Notes: generated from the sequence alone by a model not told the origin. A DNA stretch of 32,000 nt from Gemmata obscuriglobus (GCF_008065095.1 NZ_CP042911.1:5070001-5102000); one strand, 5' to 3'; positions 1 to 8,443 are shown, numbered from the stretch's first letter. Program-made: numbers and translations.

Positions 1-645
1 ACCTGGCTCTACCGCATCGCTACGAGCCATGTACTGAACATGAAGCGACGCGGCGGCGAACTCCGACCGCAGACGTTCTCGTCCTATGCGGCGGCCATCA
101 ACGACACCCCCGATCTGGACCTGCCCGACCCGAAGAGCGTGCCCGTGGACGTGCCGCTGCTCGTTGAGGAGGCCAAACTGACTTGCACGACCGGGATGCT
201 GATGTGTCTCGACCGCAAGCAGCGGCTCGTGTTCACCCTCGGCGAGATCCTCGGCACCAGCGACACCGTCGGCGGCGAGGTGCTGGAGATGTCGGCCGAC
301 AACTTCCGGCAAAGTCTGACCCGCGCCCGCCGCGACCTTTACCAGTTCATGCACGGCCAGTGCGGCTTGGTGAACGCGAACAACCCGTGCCGGTGTCCCA
401 AGAAGACGAAGGGGTTCATCGCCGGCGGCCACGTCGATCCCGACCACTTGCTCTTCGTTCCGCTGCGCGTCCGGCGGATCAAGGACGTTGCGGCCGACAC
501 GGTGCGCGAGATCGAGGACGTTCTCGACCGCAAGTACGCGGCCCTCTTCCGTGAGCACGCGTTCCTCGAACCGCCCGATCAAGTCGCGTGGGTCCGCCGG
601 GTTCTTGACGGCCCCGACATCCGCACCGCCTTGCACCTGGATTGA
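1..645 (+). CDS. ECF-type sigma-70 family RNA polymerase sigma factor with a Cys-containing C-terminal extension; 5' end lies outside the window
   Basis: Frame 1 is open from nt 1 ([13 protein letters not shown]..., the sigma region-2 WLYRIA signature) and continues into the listed 40..645 ORF. A region-4 HTH-like segment is present ([40 protein letters not shown]). It is followed by [16 protein letters not shown] and about 85 further residues. Confidence 0.7.
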   Translation, partial: TWLYRIATSHVLNMKRRGGELRPQTFSSYAAAINDTPDLDLPDPKSVPVDVPLLVEEAKLTCTTGMLMCLDRKQRLVFTLGEILGTSDTVGGEVLEMSADNFRQSLTRARRDLYQFMHGQCGLVNANNPCRCPKKTKGFIAGGHVDPDHLLFVPLRVRRIKDVAADTVREIEDVLDRKYAALFREHAFLEPPDQVAWVRRVLDGPDIRTALHLD

Positions 646-712
646 ACATTTCTCCCCGACAGTTGTCACAGTCGATCTCCCGGCGTGTCTACGGGTGCAA
701 GGAGGTCGAACC

Positions 713-1468
713 ATGTCAAAACTGCAAGACAAAGTGGCCCTGGTGACCGGGGCGTCGAAGGGGATCGGGGCCGGCATCGCCCGGGAACTGGCCGTCGCCG
801 GGGCGGCCGTCGTGGTGAACTACGCCAACGACCAGAGCGGCGCGGACGCGGTGGTTGGCGAGATCATTCAGGCCGGCGGCCGAGCCATCGCGGCTCCGGG
901 CGATGTGTCCAAGGCAGCCGATGTGGCCCGACTGCTGGCCGAAACCCGACGGGCATTCGGCGCGCTCGACGTGCTCGTGAACAACGCCGGGGTCTACATG
1001 CCGATGCCGCTGGAGGCAGTCACCGAGGACGAGTTCCACCGCGAGTTCGACACGAACGTGCTCGGACCGCTGCTGGTCATCCGGGAGGCACTCAAGCTCT
1101 TCGGGCCGCACGGCGGCAGCGTCATCAACATCGGCTCCGGCGCCTCACGGATGTGCCCGCCCGGCTACTCGGTTTACGCGGCCTGCAAGGCGGCTCTGGA
1201 CGCCATCACGGGAGTTCTGGCGAAGGAGTTGGCCCCGCGGAAGATCCGCGTGAACTCGGTCAATCCCGGTGCCACGCTGAGCGAGGGCACCAAGGCCGCG
1301 GGCCTGTACGGCACCGGCAGCGAGTTCGAAAAACAACTGGTCGCAATGACACCGCTCGGCCGCATCGGCATGCCACAGGACATCGCGAGGGTCGTGGCGT
1401 TTCTGGCGTCCGACGATTCCGCCTGGCTGACCGGCGAGGTCATCCTCGCTTCCGGCGGGCTGCGGTAG
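713..1468 (+). CDS. Short-chain dehydrogenase/reductase (FabG-like SDR oxidoreductase)
   Basis: The ATG at 713 is preceded by AGGAGG (700-705). The protein has the TGASKGIG Rossmann motif (TGxxxGIG), NNAG, and the catalytic YxxxK (YAACK). The length of about 251 aa is typical of classical SDRs. The upstream part of the listed 488..1468 ORF overlaps the sigma-factor gene and is not used. Confidence 0.9.
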   Translation: MSKLQDKVALVTGASKGIGAGIARELAVAGAAVVVNYANDQSGADAVVGEIIQAGGRAIAAPGDVSKAADVARLLAETRRAFGALDVLVNNAGVYMPMPLEAVTEDEFHREFDTNVLGPLLVIREALKLFGPHGGSVINIGSGASRMCPPGYSVYAACKAALDAITGVLAKELAPRKIRVNSVNPGATLSEGTKAAGLYGTGSEFEKQLVAMTPLGRIGMPQDIARVVAFLASDDSAWLTGEVILASGGLR

Positions 1469-1497
1469 ATCGCTTCAACCACTCACGAGGGGAACGG

Positions 1498-1971
1498 ATG
1501 AACCGGTTCGTGCTGAGCATGGTGTGCGGGGCAGTGGCGGGTGTGGTCCTTGCGGACGAACCCAAGGCTGACGCCAAGAAAGCCGCGGTCGAGAAGGCAC
1601 TGAAGGTGTTCACGGGCACCTGGGAGATCGTCACCGTGACGCCGGACGGGGCGACGAAGGACGCCCGGCGGCTGGTGTTCAACAAGGACGGCACCTACGC
1701 GGCCCAAGACAAGGACGGGAAGGAACTCTGGGCGGGGACGTTCGAGATCGACCCGACGGCGGCCCCAAAGGTGTGGGACCACCGGTCGCACGACGCGAAG
1801 AAGACGGGCGCGGACGTACTCGGCATCTACGAACTCGACTGTGACAAGTTGAAGGTGGCCTGCGTGGTCGGGCAGTGGAAAGACAAGCAGTGGACCGGCA
1901 AGGCGCGCCCGAAGTCGGTCGACCCGAAAACGGCGGATGTGGTGATCGAGATGAATCGGGTCAAAGGGTAG
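1498..1971 (+). CDS. Secreted TIGR03067-like (planctomycete-type) domain protein of unknown function
   Basis: ATG at 1498 with a hydrophobic signal-like N-terminus (MNRFVLSMVCGAVAGVVLA). The pattern GTWEIVTVTPDG...FEIDPTAAPKVWD...GIYELDCDKLKVAC...ARPKSV matches my recollection of the TIGR03067 domain. Only the last 157 codons of the listed 685..1971 ORF are taken as real. Confidence 0.6.
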   Translation: MNRFVLSMVCGAVAGVVLADEPKADAKKAAVEKALKVFTGTWEIVTVTPDGATKDARRLVFNKDGTYAAQDKDGKELWAGTFEIDPTAAPKVWDHRSHDAKKTGADVLGIYELDCDKLKVACVVGQWKDKQWTGKARPKSVDPKTADVVIEMNRVKG

Positions 1972-2392
1972 GTCAGGGCGAAGTTAGAACGTCGAGAGTT
2001 CGGTATTACAAGAACCGCGGGGCGTACTTCGCGCACCTTGAGGAACGCAGGTTCGCCTCGCCGACTGACCAGACGACGCCCAAAGGGGAAGACCGACACC
2101 GCTACCCTCACCTGATTCCAAGAGCTGACATTGGTCAGTAGTGCCGGCGCCGGCGACCACCGGGTACCAGCGCACGGCACAAGCCGTCACCCAAAAGCAA
2201 TACCCGAACACGGTCGCGCGGTCGATCAGTGCTCGGCTCGTTGGGAAAAGTTGCCACCTGCCGCGTGAGGCTGCGGGTGATGGTGATGAGCAACACTGGC
2301 AGCAAGCTGTTCACGCTCCAATCGCTCACTCACTTCAAGGCGGACGAACATGAGTCGAATCCGGCCTTGAGCCGCGCGGAAAGTGGGTGCCT

Positions 2393-4450
2393 TTACACCT
2401 CGGAGCGGACGGTTTTGCGGAACACGGTATCCTCCCGGTACATCCATTCGCCGCGCTTCAACAGCCTCTCGCGCACCTCGTCCGCCAGTTCGGGGTTGCG
2501 CAGCGCGTTCAGGTTCTCTTCCAGGTACTCTAAGTTCGACGGCGCGGTGAAGCACGCCGACACGCCCGGCGTGTTCAGCGTGTAGCGAAAGCAGTCGCTC
2601 GGCCGGAACGACGGGTCGAGCAGTCGGCCGTAACAGGTGTTGTTGAACGTCAGGACGGAGGTGCCCCGTTCGCACGCGAAGGGAAGCACCTCGGTTTCAG
2701 CCTTTCGATGTGCGGCACTGTGCCGCACCATCACCGGGTTCCAGCCCTCAATAATGGCGTCGCGAGCGATGCCGCGGTTGTGCGTCGAGAGGCCGTACAC
2801 CTGAACCAACCCGTCCGCCTTCAGCCGGTCCAATTCCGAGCGGACGTCAGGGGTAATGCGCTGCCAGGACTGCGTCCAGAAGATGAGGAAGATGCTGATC
2901 CGTTCCAGCTTCATGTTGCGTAGCGCGCGTTCGACATCTTTGCGGATCTTGACGGGGTCGGCTTCGAAGGTGCCAACGAGAACATGAACTCCGCGCCGAT
3001 CGGCGGGCGAGAGGCGTGTCATGAACCGCGTGAGTGTGGCGTAGTTCGGCTCCCAGAAAAAGAGGTTCACGCCCTGCTCGGCGGCGCGCACGTACCCTTC
3101 AACGGGCAGCCCGTAGTGCCCCGATACGCCGAGCGGCGACACGACCGGACCGTCGGGACCAATCTGGCGTGGTCTCACGAGATTGATCGCCGGCAGCGCG
3201 AGCGGTTCGGCGGGTTCGCGCGGCACCGCGGGCGGCTTCCAATGCGCTTCTGGGGCCAGACTCCAGATCGGCACGCGGCACAGCTTGGAAGCACGTGCAA
3301 GCACGAACCACGACGTTTCCTGTGTCGGGTTCTCGACGAGTTCTTTTGCGCGGGCCGGGGTCAGCGCGGCTGCACGCGAATACGGGTGCGTATCGGAAAA
3401 CGGCTCCTCTATCGGCTCGCTCACTTCGACGAGTTGGGGGCGCAATCGGGCGAGATCGGTGGCAGTTTCGTCGGCCGGGAACGCCTCCCCAACCTGCGCG
3501 GCGGCCCACTTGAGGGCCACCAGCGGCGGAGACTCCATTGCAAGGATGTGCTTCGCCACCTCCTCAATGCGGTCCAGTTCTACCCCACGGGTCAGGGCAT
3601 CGAGAACGGGCGCGGTGTCCTCGCGCGGGTCGCCCAGGTAGCTCAGCGCGTGCGCCCATTGCGCAACGGTCCCGTCCTCACGCAGCGCGAGAACGACCCA
3701 GCTCCGCACCCGTTCGTCCGGGTGGTTCACGAGTCGCGCGAGTACAGACAGCGCGTCGCGCCGGCCGGCCCGGCCGAGTAACTCCAGGTTGCGCGCGAGG
3801 ACCGCCGGGTCCCAGTCCCAGAACGGGCACCACGTGGACGGATCGTCTGTGACGCGTTCGGCCGGCGCCTCACCGGTCCAGCGGTAATGCAGGTACTCCC
3901 CAAGGCGCAGGGCGTGCGGATGCTCACCGAGCATCCGTACGATCAGCTCCTGGCTCCTCCCAGGCTCACGGCCAAACGATTCGAGGACTTGGGCGACCGC
4001 GTACCGCACGCGCCAGTGCGGATCTGAGGACGCCGCCATAACCGAGGCGTACGCACCTTGAGCCGCGAGTGCGCTCACAGCCGCGCGTCGCACTTGCCAG
4101 AACGCGTCGTACTCCCGCAGGCGCTGGAGCGCACGGGTCGTGAGCGCCCTCGGTCCGCATAGCTTCCGCCGTGTGACCTCATTCACGGCGAGGATACGCA
4201 CACTCGGGTGCGGGCTGTTGAGCGCGCGCACGACTGTGTCGGATACAAGCGCCGAAGTGTCGTGTTCGAGGCTGCGGAGCGCGGCCGCAGCGGCGGTCGC
4301 ACCGGTCTCGCGGTTCAGCACCAACTCGACCAGACCTTCAATTTCGGCGCGTTCGACTGTCCCGCGAAATGCTGACGCGACTGATGGCGCCGCGTCGGGG
4401 TCGAGCAGGGCGTAGGAGCGGGCCAGCGGGTGGTCGTTTGGAACGCGCAT
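2393..4450 (-). CDS. HEAT-repeat (PBS-lyase type) protein fused to a C-terminal aldo/keto-reductase-like TIM-barrel domain
   Basis: The N-terminal half has HEAT-like repeats: HPSVRILAVNEV, FWQVRRAAVSALA, DPHWRVRYAVAQVLE, HPDERVRSWVVLALRE. The C-terminal ~260 aa align by eye to the AKR fold (GVNLFFWEPNYA, LERISIFLIFW, ADGLVQVYGLSTHN, VMVRHSAAH, GTSVLTFNNTCYGRL). The start is ambiguous: ATG at 4450, or ATG-ATG at 4498/4495. No clear SD precedes either. Confidence 0.7.
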   Translation of the reverse strand: MRVPNDHPLARSYALLDPDAAPSVASAFRGTVERAEIEGLVELVLNRETGATAAAAALRSLEHDTSALVSDTVVRALNSPHPSVRILAVNEVTRRKLCGPRALTTRALQRLREYDAFWQVRRAAVSALAAQGAYASVMAASSDPHWRVRYAVAQVLESFGREPGRSQELIVRMLGEHPHALRLGEYLHYRWTGEAPAERVTDDPSTWCPFWDWDPAVLARNLELLGRAGRRDALSVLARLVNHPDERVRSWVVLALREDGTVAQWAHALSYLGDPREDTAPVLDALTRGVELDRIEEVAKHILAMESPPLVALKWAAAQVGEAFPADETATDLARLRPQLVEVSEPIEEPFSDTHPYSRAAALTPARAKELVENPTQETSWFVLARASKLCRVPIWSLAPEAHWKPPAVPREPAEPLALPAINLVRPRQIGPDGPVVSPLGVSGHYGLPVEGYVRAAEQGVNLFFWEPNYATLTRFMTRLSPADRRGVHVLVGTFEADPVKIRKDVERALRNMKLERISIFLIFWTQSWQRITPDVRSELDRLKADGLVQVYGLSTHNRGIARDAIIEGWNPVMVRHSAAHRKAETEVLPFACERGTSVLTFNNTCYGRLLDPSFRPSDCFRYTLNTPGVSACFTAPSNLEYLEENLNALRNPELADEVRERLLKRGEWMYREDTVFRKTVRSEV

Positions 4451-4521
4451 CGGTGCTTGTGCAAAGGGGTGACGTCCGCTAACTTCTACGCACATCATCG
4501 ACGGTCGGAGGGGGTCACGCA

Positions 4522-6072
4522 ATGTCTGCTTCTCAGTCCGCTCCGGCGTGGCTGCTGCTACCGCTCCCGGCCAACGCGGACGCCGACGCAATTCTCATCG
4601 CCACAATCGAGCAGTACGCGACTTCGCTACCGCAAGAGTTCAAGAAGCTCCACGACGCACTCGACGAGGTGCGGGCGCTGGCGAGCTATGAACCGGCCGT
4701 GAACCGCTCCAACACGCTCGTCTGGGAGAAGCTCGAAACCCTGCTCACAGCGCCAGAAGGAACGGCCCGCATCGCTCTCATCCGTTACGCTCGCGAACAC
4801 ATGCCCGAGCGGGCGTGCGCGCGTGTCCTACGGCGGCTCGCGAAAGACGCGGACATGAACGTACGCCGCACCGTGGCGAAAGCGATCCGGAAGGCGAAGA
4901 TTCAAGAGGTCGCCATCCCGGCCAAGAAGGACGGCGACTGGGACCCGTCCGGGTGGCTCCTACCGGACGAAGTTTCAAAGGTCACGCGCCACAAAACCGG
5001 CAAACGCGCGCAAGAGCGCAGCGGGGTTCCGGCGCTCACGAAGCTCGCAGAGTTGCGCAAGCTCCTCGGGATCAAATCGACGAACCAGCTCGGGTTCTTC
5101 CTGCTCGCCAGCGACCACAAGGGCGGGCCGTACACCACACACAAGATCCCGAAACGCGACGGCAGCGATCGCCAGATTTGCGCGCCCAAGAAACAACTGA
5201 AGTGGGTGCAGAAACAGATCCTGAAACACATCCTGAGCAAGGTGCCGCCGCACCCGGCGGCGCACGGGTTCGTCAGCGGCCGCTCCACGGTGAGCAACGC
5301 CACCCCGCACGTCGGCGCGGAGTTGGTGGTGAAGTTCGACCTCAAGGACTTCTTCCCGACGGTCCACTACTTCCGCGTGATGGGCCTGTTCGCGAGCCTG
5401 GGTTACCCGGTCGGTAACTGCATGTTCGGCACCGACGACGGCGCCAACCAGATTGCGCCGGTGCTCGCCCGGCTGTGCTGTTACACCCCGGACCCGAAGC
5501 AGTGGGGCAGCGCAGCGCTTCCGCAAGGCGCGCCGACCTCACCGGCGATCTCGAACCTCGTGTGCCGCCGGCTCGACGCCCGGCTCCAGGGTCTGGCCGA
5601 AACCAATCACGGCACCTACACGCGCTACGCCGACGACCTGACCTTTTCGTTCCCCAAAGCGGAAGGCATGAACCTGGGCCGGTTCCGCTGGTGGGTCGAT
5701 CAGGTGTGTCAGCAGGAAGGGTTCGTGGTGAACCAGGAGAAGTTCCGGGTGATCCGCGATTCGCAGCGCCAGGTGGTGACCGGGATCGTGGTGAACGACG
5801 CGGTTCGCGCGCCCCGTGAGCTGCGCCGCGAGATCAGGGCTATCCTCCACAACTGCGAAACCAAGGACCTCGAATCGCAGGCGAAACGGCACCCGCGGTT
5901 CCGGGGGAACGTCCCGGCGTTCTCGCAATACTTGCGAGGCATTGCGGCGTACCTCAACATGGTGCAGCCGGAGCACGGGGCCGCCCTGCTCCGCCGGGTC
6001 AACGAACTGCTCGGCGGTCCGATCGAAGGTGACACGCCCTCGCAGGACCAGGGGAAGGCGGGTGACGCATGA
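4522..6072 (+). CDS. Retron-type reverse transcriptase with a ~170-200 aa N-terminal alpha-helical (HEAT-like) extension
   Basis: The ATG at 4522 is preceded by GGAGGGGG (4507-4514). RT motifs occur in order: IPKRDGSDRQICAP, HGFVSGRSTVSNATPH (NAxxH, nt 5296-5310), KFDLKDFFPT, LPQGAPTSPAISN, YTRYADDLTFS (YADD, nt 5626-5637), RQVVTGIVVN (VTG, nt 5776-5784). The N-terminal extension contains DADMNVRRTVAKAIRK. Confidence 0.85.
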   Translation: MSASQSAPAWLLLPLPANADADAILIATIEQYATSLPQEFKKLHDALDEVRALASYEPAVNRSNTLVWEKLETLLTAPEGTARIALIRYAREHMPERACARVLRRLAKDADMNVRRTVAKAIRKAKIQEVAIPAKKDGDWDPSGWLLPDEVSKVTRHKTGKRAQERSGVPALTKLAELRKLLGIKSTNQLGFFLLASDHKGGPYTTHKIPKRDGSDRQICAPKKQLKWVQKQILKHILSKVPPHPAAHGFVSGRSTVSNATPHVGAELVVKFDLKDFFPTVHYFRVMGLFASLGYPVGNCMFGTDDGANQIAPVLARLCCYTPDPKQWGSAALPQGAPTSPAISNLVCRRLDARLQGLAETNHGTYTRYADDLTFSFPKAEGMNLGRFRWWVDQVCQQEGFVVNQEKFRVIRDSQRQVVTGIVVNDAVRAPRELRREIRAILHNCETKDLESQAKRHPRFRGNVPAFSQYLRGIAAYLNMVQPEHGAALLRRVNELLGGPIEGDTPSQDQGKAGDA

Positions 6073-7049
6073 GCGACGACGACACCGTGCCGGACGAGGC
6101 GAGCCGGTTCCCGTCCGCCCGCGCGATGGTCGAACTGGAAGCCCTCACCAATCAGGCTCCTGGGCCGGAACGCGGGCTCGCGGCATGGAAGCTCGTTACG
6201 GCCGCGGCCCGCAACCCGGACGGGCACGCGGCTATCGACTTCGCGCGCGAGCACGAACTCGTGCAACCCTGCGAACACACAGACAGCACGATCGCGAACC
6301 TGAAGTGGACGAACCCGATCGACGGGTCGGAAATGATCTGGATACCCGCCGGCAAGTTCTCCGTCGGAACGCAGGGCGAGTTCGGCGAGTGCGCGGGGTT
6401 CTCACTCGCCCGCTGGCCGGTCACCAACGAGCAGTACGTCCAGTTCCAAACAGAAACGGGTTACTGGCCGCAGGACGCGCAGAACCCCGTTACCGGCGAT
6501 CTGCTCGCGCACTGTACCGGTGGAAAGATCCCGAAAGGCCGGGAGAAGCACCCGGTCACCTGGGTGTCGCTGTTCGACGCGCTCGCGTACTGCGCGTGGG
6601 CCGGGCTCACGCTCCCGACCGAGTGGATGTGGGAAAAGGCGGCCCGCGGTACCGACGGGCGCATGTACCCGTGGGGCACGAACGCCGGCACCAAGGGGAA
6701 CCGTAAGCTCGCGCACGTCGAAGCGCGTTCGACGTGTGAGGTGGGGAAGTTCTCACACGTGCGCTCGCCGTTCGGGTGCGAGGAGTTGGTCGGCAACGTG
6801 TCCGAGTGGTGCCTACCCGCGGCCGAAGACGCCGCACCGGGCGAGTTCCCGCCGACAGAGCAGAACATCCCGTACCCGACCGAGGCCGCCCCGGTGGAAA
6901 CGGTCGTGCGCGGGGCGTGCTTTCTGCGGGGATCAGCGAACGCGATGAAATCGACGCACCGTCGGCGCCTCTCCGTGGCGCGGCGGAACCAGTGGGTCGG
7001 GTTCCGCCCGGCGTGCCTGTTGCCAGTGCGACCGTCGGCGAAATTCTAA
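6069..7049 (+). CDS. SUMF1/FGE-sulfatase-fold (C-type-lectin-like) domain protein lacking the FGE catalytic Cys pair
   Basis: Its ATG overlaps the RT stop codon (ATGA at 6069-6072). SUMF1-fold signatures are present: MIWIPAGKFSVG, RWPVTNEQY, HPVTWVSLFDALAYCAWAG, LPTEWMWEKAARG, YPWG, GNVSEWC, VVRGACF, WVGFRPA. Where FGEs carry CHxSYC, the sequence reads RGACFLRGSANAMKSTHRRR. Confidence 0.85.
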   Translation: MSDDDTVPDEASRFPSARAMVELEALTNQAPGPERGLAAWKLVTAAARNPDGHAAIDFAREHELVQPCEHTDSTIANLKWTNPIDGSEMIWIPAGKFSVGTQGEFGECAGFSLARWPVTNEQYVQFQTETGYWPQDAQNPVTGDLLAHCTGGKIPKGREKHPVTWVSLFDALAYCAWAGLTLPTEWMWEKAARGTDGRMYPWGTNAGTKGNRKLAHVEARSTCEVGKFSHVRSPFGCEELVGNVSEWCLPAAEDAAPGEFPPTEQNIPYPTEAAPVETVVRGACFLRGSANAMKSTHRRRLSVARRNQWVGFRPACLLPVRPSAKF

Positions 7050-7079
7050 ATCGCTCATCGACCGCTGAATCCGTTCAGG

Positions 7080-8408
7080 TCATTTTGCCTCAATGCAGTA
7101 CAGGTACTTTTCGCCACGCAGGAACAGTTGCTTGCCGACCGCAACGGGTGAGGCGTCGATCGGGTCGTCAAGCTTATTGACCGATACCACGTCCAGCGAC
7201 TCTCCGGCTTTCACAACAACCGTGGTTCCGGTGCGGTCCACGAAGTAGATGTGTCCGCCGGCCACGAGCGGCGAAGCGTAAAAGGTCTTAGCCTGCGAAA
7301 GCCGCTCCTTCTCGATAACCGCCTTGCCGGTCTTCGCGTTGAGGATCGTGACCATCGGTTCATTGGTGGAGTTGAAGTACAACAGTTCTCCACTGAGCAC
7401 AGGCGACGGGACGTACGGCGTACCGAACGAATAACGCCAGTCGACTTTGCCTTTGTCACCGAGGTCACCACTCGAACCGAGTGGGACCGACACGGCGGCG
7501 GCCCGTTGGTAGCCACTCATACAAATGACGGAATCACCGAACCGCACCGGAGACGGGATCGGGTTTACGGTCATGCCGCCACACTGCCACAGCACCGCAC
7601 CGGTCGCGAGGTCGTAGCTGCGGATACGGGCCGTACCGTTGGTGACCACCTGCGTCTTACCCCCGAAGTCCACGACCAGCGGGGTGGACCACGTCGTCTT
7701 CTCGTCGCGCTTCGCCTCCCACTGCGTTTTCCCGGTCGCGGCCTCCAGACAGATGAGCCGCGAATCGATCTCCTGGTCGTAGTTCAGCAGCAAGTGGCCC
7801 CCGTGAACGACCGGAGTCACGGCCTCGCCCCAGCCGAGCCGCGTGTGCAACCGGCCGAGATCGGTCCGCGCCCACTTCACATTGCCGTCGAAATCGAGGG
7901 CGTAGGTGCCGAACGAGCCGAACGACGCGTACAGCAACTTCCCGTCGGTCGTCGGCGACCCCGCGGCGTAGGAGTGCGTGACGTGGTGGCCTTCGTGCGG
8001 CACCATCTCCGCAACCTGCTTTTCCCACAACTTGCTGCCGTCCCGCCGGTCGAAGCAGAGCACGACGAACTTGTAAAAGTTCGTCGGCGGTTCCGTCTTC
8101 ACCGCGAGCTTCGTTTCGACCTTGGGCATCTCCTCGGGTTTGGCCCTGCGGTCCGTTTTGATGGCGGTGAGGACGAAGATGCGGTCCCCCCACATGATCG
8201 GCGTGGCACTACCGCGGCCGGGCAGTTCGGCCTTCCAGGTGATGTTGGTCTTCGCGTCCCACTTGATTGGCGGGCGAGCGTTCGGCGCGGAGCCGTCGGC
8301 GTTGGGTCCACGCCAGTGGTGCCAGTTGGCTTCGACATCCCTCGGGCTTTGAGCGCGGGCGAACGGCACAAGTGTCAAAGCGAGCGCCACGGCAGCGAGG
8401 CGGTGCAT
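7080..8408 (-). CDS. Secreted PQQ-like / BamB-like beta-propeller repeat protein
   Basis: ATG at 8408 gives the signal peptide MHRLAAVALALTLVPFARAQS. There are repeated propeller-blade motifs with conserved Trp (ITWKAEL, KLWEKQ, VKWARTD, TQWEAK, VLWQCGG, VDWRY). The gene is convergent with the SUMF1 gene, 30 nt apart. Confidence 0.75.
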   Translation of the reverse strand: MHRLAAVALALTLVPFARAQSPRDVEANWHHWRGPNADGSAPNARPPIKWDAKTNITWKAELPGRGSATPIMWGDRIFVLTAIKTDRRAKPEEMPKVETKLAVKTEPPTNFYKFVVLCFDRRDGSKLWEKQVAEMVPHEGHHVTHSYAAGSPTTDGKLLYASFGSFGTYALDFDGNVKWARTDLGRLHTRLGWGEAVTPVVHGGHLLLNYDQEIDSRLICLEAATGKTQWEAKRDEKTTWSTPLVVDFGGKTQVVTNGTARIRSYDLATGAVLWQCGGMTVNPIPSPVRFGDSVICMSGYQRAAAVSVPLGSSGDLGDKGKVDWRYSFGTPYVPSPVLSGELLYFNSTNEPMVTILNAKTGKAVIEKERLSQAKTFYASPLVAGGHIYFVDRTGTTVVVKAGESLDVVSVNKLDDPIDASPVAVGKQLFLRGEKYLYCIEAK

Positions 8409-8443
8409 CGGGTTGAACTCCGGTGTTAAAGCGGACGACGAAC

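Noticed and set aside
685-1497. The N-terminal 270 codons of the listed 685..1971 ORF (an RG-rich sequence).
   Set aside because: It is an out-of-frame overlap of the well-supported SDR gene. Only the part from ATG 1498 (signal peptide plus TIGR03067-like domain) looks like a real protein.
2340-2385. A tRNA-like T-loop string, gagtcgaatcc.
   Set aside because: The flanking bases do not form a T-stem or an acceptor stem, and no anticodon arm could be drawn. The string also runs into the 3' end of the AKR-like CDS.
4522-7049. Diversity-generating retroelement (DGR): an RT beside an FGE/C-type-lectin-fold protein is the classic DGR target architecture.
   Set aside because: The RT has QGAPTSP plus the NAxxH and VTG retron-type motifs rather than the DGR-type (I/V/L)GxxxSQ. 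No avd-like gene is present. By eye I find no ~100-nt template repeat matching the 3' end of the SUMF1 gene (about 6850-7049) elsewhere in the window. A computational self-alignment allowing A-to-N mismatches would settle this.
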